From: Blastocystis sp. Blastoise
Lineage: Eukaryota; Protista; Bigyra: Opalinata
Direction: 5' to 3'
Length of the DNA: 64,000 nt
Assembly: GCA_039096225.1 (NCBI GenBank)
Contig: JBBPEB010000025.1
Location: 372,001-436,000 of the forward strand
The position numbers and the translations under genes are program-made. The notes below the pieces were generated by a model. It was not told the origin of the DNA. It worked only from the letters and a program-made list of their open reading frames with translations, and made no database searches. Positions 34,601 to 48,791 of the stretch are shown here, piece by piece. Each line of letters begins with the position of its first letter. Position 1 is the stretch's first letter.

Positions 34601-37600
34601 TTAATTTTGATTTTGTTGCTTCTGATACTACTTCTTTCTCTTCTTCTGTTACTTTACCTGCTAATTTCTATTCTGTTTTTACTACACATTTACAAATACC
34701 TGTTACTGGTTCTTATACATTTACTCTTACTACTAATGGTGTAGCTATAGTTATTTTTAATGGTGTTACTCAATTAACAGTTACTGAATGTGGTGAAAAG
34801 ATTAATACTTTTACTGCTTCTCTTACTACTGGCTTACTTCCTATTACTATACGTTATAGAAGTAATAGTGCTACTAGTAAATTACAATTAGAATGGGAAT
34901 CTACTGATGCTAGTATTACAAAACAAATTATACCTAATAGTTATTTATATATTGAAGATATTGATATTCCTACTTATGAATTATCTTCTCCTTATAATGG
35001 ATTAAATAAAGTAACTGATCCTTATGCTATTATTACTCTTTCTTCTTCTAAACCTATTAATAATCTTCCTGAAAGTGCTATTACAGTTGAAGGTGCTACT
35101 ATTAGTGAAATTACTAAAGTTCATTCACTTAAATATACATTTAAAGTTACTCCTTCTAGTTCTGTATCTAGTGTCAAAGTATATATTGCTGCTAATGGTT
35201 TACGTTGTATAAATGCACTTAGTAATACAAATCCTAGTAATACAATTAATATTCAATTTGGTTATTTAGATTTTACTGCTACTATAAGACTGAAGGCTGG
35301 ATTTGCTCTTTCTTTATCTGATAATAAACCTTCTCAAGAATCTAATGTTTTTACTATTGGTTTAGATTCTACTGAACCTAATGCTTATGTATCTTTACCT
35401 ACTGGTACTGTAAATACACCTATTGTTAATGGTGAATTATATTTCTCTGAAGAAATGGCTTATGTTGATCAAGGTATTTTAGCTATTACTGGTGGTAATG
35501 TAGTTTCTAATTCATTTATTCCTATTCCTGATACACCTACTAATACTGCTTTTTCATTTAAAATACAAATAGAATCTTCTTCATTTGTTTATGTACGTGT
35601 ATCTATGGGTACTACTATGTATTATGATATTGCTGGAAATGCTATTACTTCTTTTAATGGTGGTTCATTTGTTTATAAGAGTGATTATGCTGTTCCTTTA
35701 CCTACTATTTCTACTTCTTATTATATGCCTGTTTCTAGTACAACTGTTCCTATTACTATTACATTTGATGCTGATATTACTGGATTAACTATTGATTCGT
35801 TTACTTCTACTGCTGGTACTATTTCTAGTGTTACTGGTAGTGGTATGATTTGGAATGCTATATATACTTTTTCTAATCCTTCTAGTAATACTATTACTGG
35901 TTCTGTTAAAGTAAATGCTAATAGTGTTAAAGGTGCTGGTGATATAGATAATGCTGAATCTAATTTATTAACTATTACTTATAGTCCTCAAGTTATGACT
36001 ATTACTAGTATTACTCCTATTAATGGTAAAGTTGATGTACCTGCTAATACTCAAACTATTCGTATAACATTTGATAGTACTCCTTCAAGAGGTTCTGGTT
36101 CTGCTGTATTTTCTAGTGGTACTGAAAGTAGTATTGTTTATGATGCTAATAGTAGTTTAATTGAATTTGATGGTTCTAGTGTTATTTTTAGAATTTCTCA
36201 ATCTTTAATTGGTGATAGAACATATACTTTAGTTATTCCTTCTTATTTCTTTATTGATACTACTACTAATAAATATTTTAATGGTTTTACTGGTTCTCAA
36301 TATAATTTCCATGTTGCTTGTAGTATGTGTGGATTACCTACTTTTACTACTGATTTACCTTCTACATTAAATAGTAATATTGGTTTTACTATATCACTTC
36401 AAGTTGTTGTTACTGCTGTTCCAGTTGCTACTTATCAATGGTATTTAGATAATTTACCTATTGAAGGTGCTATTTCTACTACTTATTCTAAAGTATTAAC
36501 TTCTACTGATTTTGGTGTATATACTGTTAAAGCTACTAATACTTATGGTACTTCAACTTCTAATAGTTTAATTATTATGAAAGATGATGTTAAACCTATT
36601 ATTACTATTACTCCTGTTGCTGAAGGTGCTACTTGTGCTACTTCTTATGCTATTAATCTTAGTTTTAATAAAGAAGTTAGTTCTATATCTTGTGATGCTT
36701 TTGAAACTAGTTCTACTATTACTTGTGTTAGTACTCAATTATTAACTTCTACTACTGCTATTGCTGCATTTACTATTACTCCTACTGGTTATAATACTCT
36801 TACTATTAAATTACTTTCTGATAAGATATGTGATACATTTAATAATTGTAATGAAGAAACTACTTATGATATTACTGTTGATTGTGTACCTCCTTCTATT
36901 CAATCTTATTCTCCTGCTCATAATAGTATTGATATACAATTAGATGCTGTTATTCAATTAACATTTAGTGAAACTATTCAATTTGGTAATACTTTTAATG
37001 TACAATTTATGTGTATTGGTACAAATACTTGTAATGCTATTACTGTTGATAGAACTGGTATTAGTCTTTCTGAAGATAAGAAAACTGTTGTTATTAATAA
37101 GAATTCTTTATTCTCTCCTGAAAAAGAATATACTTTAAGTATAGCTAGTGGATTAGTTATGGATATGGCTTCTAATATATATACAGGATTAACTGCTGGT
37201 GAATATAAATTTACTACAAGTGCTGCTTCTGCTCCTTCTCTTAGTACTCGTGTTCCTGCTTCTAATAGTATTAATGTTCCTCTTAATGGTAATATAGAAT
37301 TAACTTTTGATATGCCTGTTCAATATGGTACTGGTAATATTATATTAAGAGCTCAAGATCAAGAAGATATTAGTATTAGTTCTCTTTATGTTGTTATTCA
37401 ATCCAATATTGTTACTATTGTGTATTCTAATTTAATATCTTCTACTTTATATAATGTTATTATCCCTAGTGGTGTATTTACTGAAACTACTAGTAATATA
37501 GCTTATAATGGTATTGCTGCTGGTGAATATACTTTTACTACTGTTGTTCAACCAATTGTTTCTTCTTATTCTCCTATTAATGGTGCTATTGATATTGCTA

Positions 37601-40600
37601 TAAATGAACCTATTCAAATTACTTATAATATAGCTATTCAAAAGAATTCTGGTTCTATTGTTTTTACTCCTTCTTCTGGTAATGCTATTACTATTGATGT
37701 TATGAATCCTGTTGTTACTATTTCTGAAGATGAAAAAACTTTAATTATTACTCCTTCTCTTCTTACTGGTTTAACTTATACTGTTACACTTCCTGAAGGT
37801 ATAGTTGTTTCTAAAGAAAGTAATATTCCTTGTAATGCTGTTACTGATTATACTATATCAACTCCTTCTGCTCTTACTTATACTGTATCTCCTGTTGAAT
37901 CTTCTGAAAACTTAAAATTAAATTTTGTTATTACTTTAACATTTAATAGAGATATTGCTAGTTTAAGTACTACTAATAGTGTTACTATTGCTGGTACAAA
38001 TACTATTACTACTGTTGGTACTATAAGTACTAGTAATCCTAAAGAAGTACAATTTAGTTTTACAGAAAATTTAACTGCTAATTCTCAATATTATGTTTCT
38101 ATTCCTGCTGATTTAGTTACTGATATTAAAGGTGTTAAGAATACTGTAGGTATATTTACTTATCATACTGCTTCTGCTCCTATTGTAAGTAGTTCAGATC
38201 CAAGTAATAATGCTTCTAATGTTTCTATTAATAAAGTATTTGTATTTACATTCTCTTCTACTATTGTTGCTGGTACAGGATCTATTTCATTTACTGCTTC
38301 TGGTAAACCAACTATTACTTATTCTATTACTGATGGTAATTGTCAAATTAATGGTAATACTTTAACTATTTCTTTATCTACTGGTACTACATTAGAAAAT
38401 GGTTCTACTTATACATTAGATATACCATCAGGATTAGTACAAAATAATTATGATATAGGTAATACTCAATATATGTTAGTATTTTCTACTCCTTCATTCC
38501 CTACTATTTCTAATATATCTCCTCCTACTGGTACTCCTAATCTTGTTCCTTCAGGTGTTGTTATTATATTAACATTTAGTCAAGCTATGCAAAAAGGTAC
38601 TGGTTCTATTCAATTTGTTGGTCCTACTACTATTAATATTGATGTTACTAGTACTCAAGTTGTTGTTGATAATACTGTTGTTACTATTACTCCTACTTCT
38701 ATATTAACTCCTGGTACTTATAATTTAGTTATTCCTGCTAATAGTTTAAGTTCTACTAGTGGTGCTCCTTATCAAGGATTAAATTCTGGTGAATATTCTT
38801 TTACTACTTTATATGCTGCTGATATTAGTAAATTCTATTTAACTGGTACTTCTGTAAGTAATGGTCTTATTACATCTAATTTAGTTGCTGGTGCTACTGC
38901 TATATGGGAAATACATTTAAAGAATAGTAATGATGAAGATATTACTTCTTTAACTAATATGGTTTTAGGTGGTAGTTCTTTAAGTGATTTATCTATTACT
39001 GCTACTATGGTTGGTCCTAGTACTATTCCTGTTACTATTGGTCAATTAACTCAAAATGGTATTATTACTATTTCATGTACACCTGAATCTGCTGGTAGTT
39101 ATACATTAACTATTCAAGCATCTTGTGGTACTGTTACTAATACACATATTAATCATAGTCCTTTTACTTCTATTTCTGTTATTGCTTCTACTACAGCTGC
39201 TTCTAAGATTACTTATACTGGATCAATAAATGTTCAACAAAAGACTTCTTCTTTCTTTGAATTCCATACTTATGATCTATATAATAATCCTACTGATCCT
39301 ACTGATTATTCAAGTGCATTTGCTGTTGATTGGAATTTACCATTATCATTTAATTCTATAACTGATGGTGTATTTAGTAAATCTAGTACTGGTATATTTA
39401 GATATACTTATACTACTCCTATTATTGATGGTAATATTGATTATCAAACTATTTCTGTTTCATTTAAATTTAATAGTGAAACTATACCTAATCTTTCTCA
39501 AGTAACATTTACAAATCCTTATAATGCTGTTTGTCCACATAATTGTAATATGAGAACAAATCTTGGTGAATGTACTGCTAATGGTTGTACATGTATTTCT
39601 GCTGGTTATTATCCTGAAGCTGGTTGTACTACTTGTCCTAGTACTACTTTTGATCCTTTAGTTGAATGTAGTAATCATGGTAGTTGTTCTGCTAGTCTTA
39701 TTACTAAGACTGCTAGTTGTACTTGTGATATTAATTATAAAAATCAAAATTGTGGTACTTTAGATATTATTACTGGTGAAAATCCTAATGAAGCTGCTGA
39801 TGATTCTATGAGTGTTATTTTAACTAAATTTACTATTAGTGGTATTTCTGCTCCTGTTAGTGAAGAAAATATTCAAAGTATTAAATTAGCTATTGCTCAT
39901 GTCATGTCTATGAAATGTTGTTATGATATTCGTGTTACTAGTTCAACTACTACTTCTTATTTAAAGGCTTCTATTTATCAAAATCAAGTAGAATTTGATG
40001 TTCGTGTTAATGTTCCTAAAGATACAGCTGCTGAAAGTGCTACTTTATTAACTAATAGTTTTAGTGATGGTTCATTTGTTGCTGCTTTAGTTCAACAAGG
40101 TATTACTGCTTCTAGTGTTACTGTTAATTCTGAACCTGTTAATAATGGTCCTTTATGTACAGATAATGTACAAAATGGATTAGAAACAGATATAGATTGT
40201 GGTGGTAGTACTTGTTCTCCTTGTCCTAATGAGAAGAATTGTCTTGTTGATACTGATTGTCAAAGTGGTAAATGTGATCTTGAAACTATGAAATGTATTT
40301 TCGTTTTCCCTGTTTGGGCTATTATTCTTATTGTTGTTGTAGTTATCATTATTATTGCTGGTATTGTCTTCTTCTTTATTAACAAACAAAAGAAGATTAA
40401 TGCTAAGAAACCTAAGTTATCTAAAGTTAATAAGAATGCTACTGCTAAAGCTAAGAAAGAAGCTGCTGCTGCTGCTGCACCTGCTACTGTAGCTGTTACT
40501 GCTGTTCCTGCTACTAATGCTCCTCCACCAGCTCCTGCTGCTGTAAATACTCCTCCTCCTGCTACTACTACTTCTACTACTACTACTACTGCTCCTAAGG

Positions 40601-40617
40601 ATGAAGTCCAAATCTAA
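31682..40617 (+). CDS. Giant type I surface protein (~2895 aa): LamG-like, PA14 x2, multiple Big_5/SbsA-type Ig repeats, Ig, filamin-like, EGF-like, Cys-rich repeat, TM, Pro/Ala/Thr tail
   Basis: Exons 31682-31718, 31759-32159 and 32368-40617. Signal peptide MNMKFVYLLILLVLTQA. LamG-like VADGSWRHW. PA14-like SGTYQIGVTQDD and TGSYTFTLTTNG...LQLEW. Repeats SYSPAHNSIDI...IQLTFSE. Ig-like YQWYLDN...DFGVYTVKATN. EGF-like CSNHGSC. Cys motif CTDNVQNGLETDIDCGG. TM VWAIILIVVVVIIIIAGIVFFFI followed by a basic stop-transfer. Confidence 0.9.
32171..32300. repeat. Intronic minisatellite, ~26-nt unit ATATTATTTTTTTTATCAATTATTTA x5
   Basis: Five tandem copies within intron 32160-32367. A comparable ~15-nt tandem repeat lies in intron 54473-54706 of the other surface-protein gene. 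Confidence 0.8.
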
Positions 40618-41019
40618 ATGAATTTTTAATAATTTATTTTTTAATTATATTTTTATTATATTTTATATATATATATTCTATTATATTTTATATATGGAGT
40701 ATATTAAGATTTGTTTTAAATATATATTTTTTTGTTTTGTTATTGTGAGTAGTTATAATATATATATATTTTAAAAGAAAAATAATCAATTCGTAAGAAT
40801 TATTTGTGATGTTATTTAATAAATAAATTTAAAAGTAGTTGTTATGGCAATAAAAATTCTATTTATTTTCTTTTATTATCTTGAAATAATGTTTAAATAT
40901 AAAACCTCATTTTTTTTAATTCAATTCTTTATAATAAGAATATAGATTATCAATTACAAAATTGACTTGATAAGGGAAAGAAAAGGAGATTATTAGTTAG
41001 GTGTGATTTAATATTTTTT

Positions 41020-41530
41020 TATTCTATTTATAAAGAACAAGTGAATATAAGTATTCTAAAGATGATTTTTATAACTATTATGATAATAAAGGTGTAACAG
41101 TGACTTAAACATTTAGATCATGATAATTATATGAATAAATTTGGAAGATATACAGATCAAAGTTGTTATAATTCATATAGTATATTTACAAATTTCATTT
41201 TAATAGAATATTCAGTATATATTATATTGTTTGGAATTTATTTTTAATAGAGCTTCTAATTTAAGAAACGAACCTGGTATTCCTCAAACGAACTATGATT
41301 ATACTAATAGTAATAAAAAAGTAGTATATGTTGTTATTTATATTATACTGATTATATGAGTGATAATATAGAAATAAAAGAGGATGTTATAGTAATATAA
41401 AAGCTTCTTGTATTGCAAATCACTCTAGTATTTCAAATACTAATAAAGAGTATTCTTTATTTGTAAATATTGGCTGTTCATAGAAGGTGAATCTTTTTAT
41501 ACTAGAAGATTATGAAGTATAGGAAGAAAT
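41020..41530 (+). pseudogene. Degraded TLDc-domain relic
   Basis: Nucleotide similarity to 51370-51890 (GATAATAAAGGTGTAACAGTGA, TTTGGAAGATATACAGATCAAAGTTG, CTAGAAGATTATGAAGTATAGG), with stops and frameshifts. Confidence 0.75.
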
Positions 41531-44500
41531 CACGTTTATATATTATGAATTATTATAACAATTTTATAACTATTATATTATATAAATAAGATTATTTTAT
41601 TAATATGTTTTAGTATTTAAATTATTTTATATATTTATTTACTATATTAATAATTAATAGATGATTGATTTCTATTGGATTTTGTTTATAAATAGTTTTT
41701 ATAAAACTTAAATATATATATAATTATTTTTTATGATATTCTACAAATTAAACAATATATGTCAGTATCGTAAATTTAGCAGATGATACTATTCATTTTT
41801 TATACACTAATCGTTAATATATTTAATAGAAATATTTAAAAATATATTCATATAATAAAACTAGTAGAATATATATGTGATTAATTATTTAAATATATAC
41901 ATACATAATAGCATTATTAAAAAACAAATTGAGAAAAGTAAAAAGGCAATAAACTTATAGAATTATATATTTATTATTCAAAAATCACTAGTTATATATA
42001 AAAAAGATATATAAATAAGAGTTTGGATAATATAAATGTCTAATCATATTTTAAATAGCTATTTATAATCTATGCAAGAATTTTATTTTTTAATATAGTT
42101 TTTAAATATAGTTTTCAACTATATTAAATAATAGAGTATAAAACTATATAGAAAGTAAATAGTGTCTAAATTATTCTTTTAAAAAGATTTTATTACTACG
42201 AACTATTATTAATCTTTTCACATATATATATTCTATTTAAAAAATGAACTATTTTACATTAAATGAAAAGAATTGCTTCATTAAAAAACACTTTTTTTAA
42301 ATAAATAATAGACAAATATATTAGAAAAAAACATAAAACTTATTATTTCTCACATAATTTACATGATATTTTTTATTTGAATATGACACTGTTTCCAATT
42401 ATTTCAATGAAACTCTATTAACTAATCAACTAAAGAAAACCATATCTTTTACTACACTTTTACTCAATTATGTTATTCTTATCAAATGAATACTATTATT
42501 GTTGATTTAAAAATAAATGTATGGTTTTCTTTCAATATATATACTCCAATGATATTATTTCTTTTAAGATATCTCTTTATTCTTTATATCTTTAGTGTTT
42601 CTATTGTTATTTAGTTTTAATTATTTATAATATAATCCATAAATTACTCTTATATACTAGAATTTTATTTAACCTTTTATATATTACATTTTTTATCGTA
42701 TGTATCTTCTGTACACAATAGTTTTTGTATATAAAGTGAATAATAAACAATTATTATATAAAATATTTTATTATATATATATGTATACTTGCTAATAACT
42801 GTTCATCTTCTTAGTTCTATTTCTTATTCTCTTTCATAATTTACTTTCTTTTGAAATAGAGGTTTATATATTATTATTTTTATTCATTTTTTATTATTTT
42901 TTATGACTATATTTATATTACTTTATATCATATATAATTTTTCAAATCATTATCTAGTATTGTTATTATTATTTATATACATTAGAAACACTATATCATC
43001 ATTAATACTATTATCATAATTCTTTTTTTATTTCCAAATACTATAGATATATCTTTTTTATTTCTTGATATATCTTCTGGTATTACTTAATAATTTTTTA
43101 TGCTTTCTATTCATAGATTTCTTGATATTGATACTAATCTTTATATATATATATTAAAATATATATATATATCTTTCCATTTCTATATAATTATCTATTC
43201 TATTTATTATTCGAGATTTAACTTTAATTTTTTGTTTTGTTAGTTTAAATTTATATCTTATTATGATAGTTATATTTTATGAATAATTTAAGTGAAAGTA
43301 ATAAGTATTAATAAATATACTAAATTTCAATTTTATAAGATTTACAGATATTTCACACCAATTAAAGTAATGATTATTTTAAAAAAATAAAATGGTACTA
43401 TTATATATGTTTTTGTTAACATAGTTAATAATGTGTTATAATATGTATTCTAATAAGATATTCAAAGACTTTATTCACTTTTATGACTATATTTTAGTAT
43501 CACTTTCAGTTAAACTTATCTTTTATGAATAAGAAATGATATAATCATATTACTAAGACAACTATATTATTATTTTATTGTTGATAATTGCTATGAAGCT
43601 ATTCTTACTAGTGATATGACAAGAAAATGATAAATAGTTTTGTTAAAGAAAGTGTTGCTAGTTTTCTTTTTATTATATTATTATTATTTATATATATTTT
43701 TTTATAGATTTATTAATATTAATTAAGAGAGTAAATATTCTATTTTCTTTTATTGTTAAAGTTAAAAATATATATTATACATAGTAATAGTATTAATAGG
43801 TTATTTATATATATTAAAAAGTATCCAAATACATATTTTATTTATCATAGAGTTCATAGAAAATTATTATAATAAATATAATATAAATATATGTTTAAAA
43901 ATATTGTTAAAATATGTTTTTATGATTATAATTGATGGAAAGAATTAAATGAGTAGATTTTTAGAAATAAGCTAAATATAAAAAACTTTGAATATCTGTA
44001 TAATGATAAGAAAGAAATGTATTTCATAATATATGCATTAATAGCATAAATAATATCTATGTTTTTTAACGTATTTCATTTAATCTAAGGATTCAAGGAA
44101 GATAAGACTAATTAATAAGCTTGATTTTGATAAAGAAAAGAGTAGAGAATTTTGAATATAATAATAAGATTTGTTGAAGAAAGCAGAAATATTTAATGTG
44201 ATTCCACTTCAGAATATACGAGTGATGTTCCTTTGATAATCATTTCATATATAAGACTATGTTTCACATCTTAATAGATATCTAAATGATATTTTAAGAC
44301 AAATATTATTCATTTTTATTAATCTGTTTTAAAAAAATATAATGTTTGAAAGAATGATTAATGATTTGATAGTAGTAACATTTTTCTAGTTAATTCCAAT
44401 AATTTATACAAAGAATATATTCCATTTCAACATTTTGATTGACATAATTACAATTATTTTTCATTTTATTGAGAATAAATGTATTCTATACTATAATAGA

Positions 44501-44838
44501 AACATAAAGAGAATCTCATTTTCAATGAATACAAATAATATGCTTTAAAAAAGTGAATAATGTGTTGTTTCTGAAATTTAATATGAATCTCAAATAAGTT
44601 TATCTGAAAAAGACTGAATAAAAACCGCGAAAGTTGATGTTCAATAGAGTAATTTTTACAAAATTCTCATTAGTTTTTTTCAAAGGTTTTCCAAGTTTTA
44701 TTCTTTCTTATTTCAATGTTTCATGATAATTAGACTATATTCAGCAACTTTAGGATATTTATTTATTGATTAAATCAAGGTATATCTTTTAAGAATAATA
44801 ACATATTATCCTTCTGTAATTATAGTTGAATTCAAGTA

Positions 44839-47307
44839 ATGTCAACAACAGAATTTCAATTAACTGAAGAGAAATGTATTTGAATATTATTAATAATACC
44901 TTAATCTATTTTTAGATTTATTTACATTCCAAGATGAGACGCAATTGTGGATTCCAAAAGAATTTATTGAGAAGTATCCTCAATTTCCCTTTTATAATAT
45001 TATTGAGCACTCTGAGAAATATGATGATGGAAGTTATTATATAGATATGCTTCCTTTTCATATTGAACAAGTGATTTCTTTTTTAATGGAAGAAAACATG
45101 GATATTGATTCATTAGATTTGAAAGAAAGTTATGATATATATAAAACACTTTTTGAATACTCAGTTACGATCGATAAAGAAATTCAAAGTGATTTATTAT
45201 TTCATATAGAAGAATTATTCTATAAATATTTGAAAAATAATAATTGTCATGTAGATAGATATCGTTATAACTATGTCAAATCATATATGCCTATGGATTT
45301 ATTCAATTTAGAAGAGAAAAAAATATATTATGGTATATATATATTTATAATATTTATAATATATACATATATAGACTTATTTACATCAAAAAGAAAAAAT
45401 GAATTATTATATTATTCTCTTCTTATTAAAATGATGAATATTACTAAAGTTATAATTATATGTAAATATATATAATAATATAATATAAATAATAATATAT
45501 ATATAGATGATTATTCTTCGAATATTCCATTAGAATATATATGTCCATCGTGTATTAAAGATATATTCCCTTCATTAGAAAAATTAACAATTACTGGTAT
45601 ATATATAATTTTATAATAATAAATATACATATAGTAATTACACATTATAAGAAAACTGATGTATTGTTGAATCCAAATAGTGATGAATATATAATGGAAT
45701 ATATTCGCTTATTTAAAAAATATAACTATAAAATAGGTCATCCTGAAATATATGAATATTACACTAAATCAGAGATGAATGAATATAATAAGATTTCTTC
45801 TTTAGACCTGAATAAATTATATTATTCCCATGATTTGATCGATTCCTATAATGAAAGAAGAGAAAAGAATGAATTACCTAAATTATATAGATATGTCGTT
45901 AATGAAGCTATATATACAGATGATTATTCAAGTGTAGAAACTAATGAAGAAGGAGATGAATATACACTTGATGATGAAGTCATTATTATTTATGATGGTA
46001 TATATATACTATAGAATCATATATTTTATTATTATTATGTAGAAAAAACAAATGATAAAACATTCACGTAAATAATTATATATTATTTTATATTAATATA
46101 TAAATAGTATTGATAAAGTATATACTAAGCATTGTATATCTCAATTATTACTTCTTCCATCATATTTGTGTATTTCAAAAATCATTTTTGATGAATGTAT
46201 ATATATACATATATATATATATATATAATAATTTATTTTAGATTTATATAATCAAATTGATCCTATGTTTTTTATGAAATTATTTGAAGAAGGTGTTTTT
46301 GATTCATTAACTACATTCAGTATTAAGTGGAGTATTTTCTTTTTAAATTATTAATATTATCAATATTATAATTCTGCATAGTTAAAAGATTAGCAAATAA
46401 AATTGATGAGAATTTATTTAACAAAATAATGACAACACATGTATTTCCTAATGTTAGTGAACTAATTTATGGTGATTTTGATGATTATTATGATGATAAT
46501 GGTATATATATATATTTATTATTGTTATTATTATTTATAGAACATTTCCAATTATCTTTAATAAAGAAAGAATGCTTTCCCAAACTACATATTGTCAATT
46601 ACGACATTATAATAAGTATATTAATATATTAATAAATAAATTATTATTCTTAATTTAGCTACTGACAATTTTGATTCTCTATTTCCTGCTAGTTTAATAT
46701 CTATGATTGATACTATTCGTATAAATGAAATTGTTTTTGATCAAGAAGAAGAAATATGTCTTCTATTAGATGAAATAGCTTATACTCATTCAATTCATAT
46801 TGATATAAATGGTATAATTATGTGTATTATATAAATTTTTACATTTAAGAATATAATACTATATATATAATTTATTATATTTGTTTATTTATATATAGAT
46901 GATTTTATTTTTTTTCTCCCGCATCTAAAAGAGTTATTAGCCAAAAATCTTATTTTAAATGATTATTTTTATAGTATGAAATATTCTTTATTCTTTTGAT
47001 TGCTATTTTTTTTATATATATATTTTATATACTATTCTATAAAGTTGATTCTTCTCGTTCTGAAAATATTAATTTGTTTGAGTCTATTGAAAATAATAAT
47101 CAAAATATTGATAGTTTAGATATAATGTTTAATGGTATGTATAAAATATATTAATAAATACATGGTTGATATATAATATTAATAATACTTATTCATTTAT
47201 AGATGATGATGATGATTATTATTATGATGATTATTATTATGATAATAGTGATGATAATGATGATGATGATGATGATGATGATAAAGATAAAGATAAAGAT
47301 GATAATG

Positions 47308-47345
<38 letters not shown>

Positions 47346-48791
47346 CAACATAAAATTGATGTGAGAAATGCATTAGAAAGATTCTTAAATACTAATATAT
47401 TAAAACATTTGAATTATTTATATGTTTCATGTATATTCTTTCTTTAAATATATTATTATTCTATGTTTAATATCTATAGTTGATGATGATATAAGTATAG
47501 AATATTTAACATGGATATCAACTCTTTTTAATGATAATACGTTTAATACTATTCATAAATTAAGAATTAATTGTATATTATATTATAAAATAATGAATAT
47601 ATATATAGTATATTCTATCAAAGAAGATTCATCATCTGAATGTTTAACAGCATGTGAAAATATATTAGAGAAATTAACTTCTAAGGCTTCTATTGTTACA
47701 ATAAGAGGTAATTATTTATATAATTATTCTTTGTAAAGATAGTTTATTCACATATATTTAACTATTCGTTATAGATTGTACTGTGACTCTTTTAAATCGA
47801 TTAATTCCTAAAGGTTGTTTCCATAAAACAACTCAATTATTTCTAGGTAAATATATTAAATATACATATTATTTCAATTATAATATATTTTATATTTCAT
47901 TCAAATATTTTTTTATGAATATTAATTTAGAAGTTTATGATATGCCAAATGATAATTTTTGTAAACTATATACTACAAATAATTTCCCTCAATTAAAATC
48001 TATCAATATTTGTATATATTTTAATAATAATTTTTTTTCTCTATTATGAATCATATATATTTATGTAAAAATATTTCTTTATATAATAATTATTTTTATT
48101 AAATAATACATATATATATATATATAAACCTTACAATAGAAAATGGTGGTTAGATATTATTAAAACATTTTGTAGATTTATTAATAATAATGACTTTCCA
48201 TCTTCAAGTATTGTCCGATTAAGTGGTATATCATTAATAAAATGATCCTATTCATATTTATTAATATCGTTATTCTATAGAATATTATTATGATTCTGAT
48301 TATGATGAGTATTGTGTATATGACCCAAATTATTCTATTCTTCGATGTAAATATGATAGTAATTCATTTATAAATACAATTATTGGTACATATGGTATAT
48401 ATTTATATAATAACATATTATATATATAGATGAAACAATGAGTAAATATGAAATAGAAACATTATTTGATTGTATAAATGAAAATAAAACTCAAAATATA
48501 AGAAGCTTAAATTTATGTATATTAATATTTATTTTTTATAAGAAATTTCTTTTTTTATAGATATTTATGATGAGGAACAATTGTCAAAACTTATCAATTT
48601 TATTAATACTGGAAAATTTCCTAAATTGAAAACATTGAATTTTAGGTTAGGTATGTATATAGTTATTGAAATAATAATATTATATAGATGATGATATTTG
48701 TATACAAAGTGATATATATAAACAACAATTAAATGATTCTTCATTTATTCAGGAAAATCATATTAATTATGAATGTGATACATTTTATTAA
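44839..48791 (+). CDS. BTB/POZ + divergent LRR solenoid protein, paralogue B, 22 introns
   Basis: Starts MSTTEFQLTEEKYLFTFQDETQLW and is colinear with paralogue A throughout. It has all 13 of A's introns plus 9 more. The intron starting at 48012 has no in-frame AG acceptor, so the gene may be defective or the consensus may be in error. Confidence 0.7.

Noticed and set aside
42380-43250. Purine-rich minus-strand stretches here and at ~53040-53620 that look like eroded coding sequence
   Set aside because: Frequent stops and no confident similarity by eye. TBLASTN would be needed.
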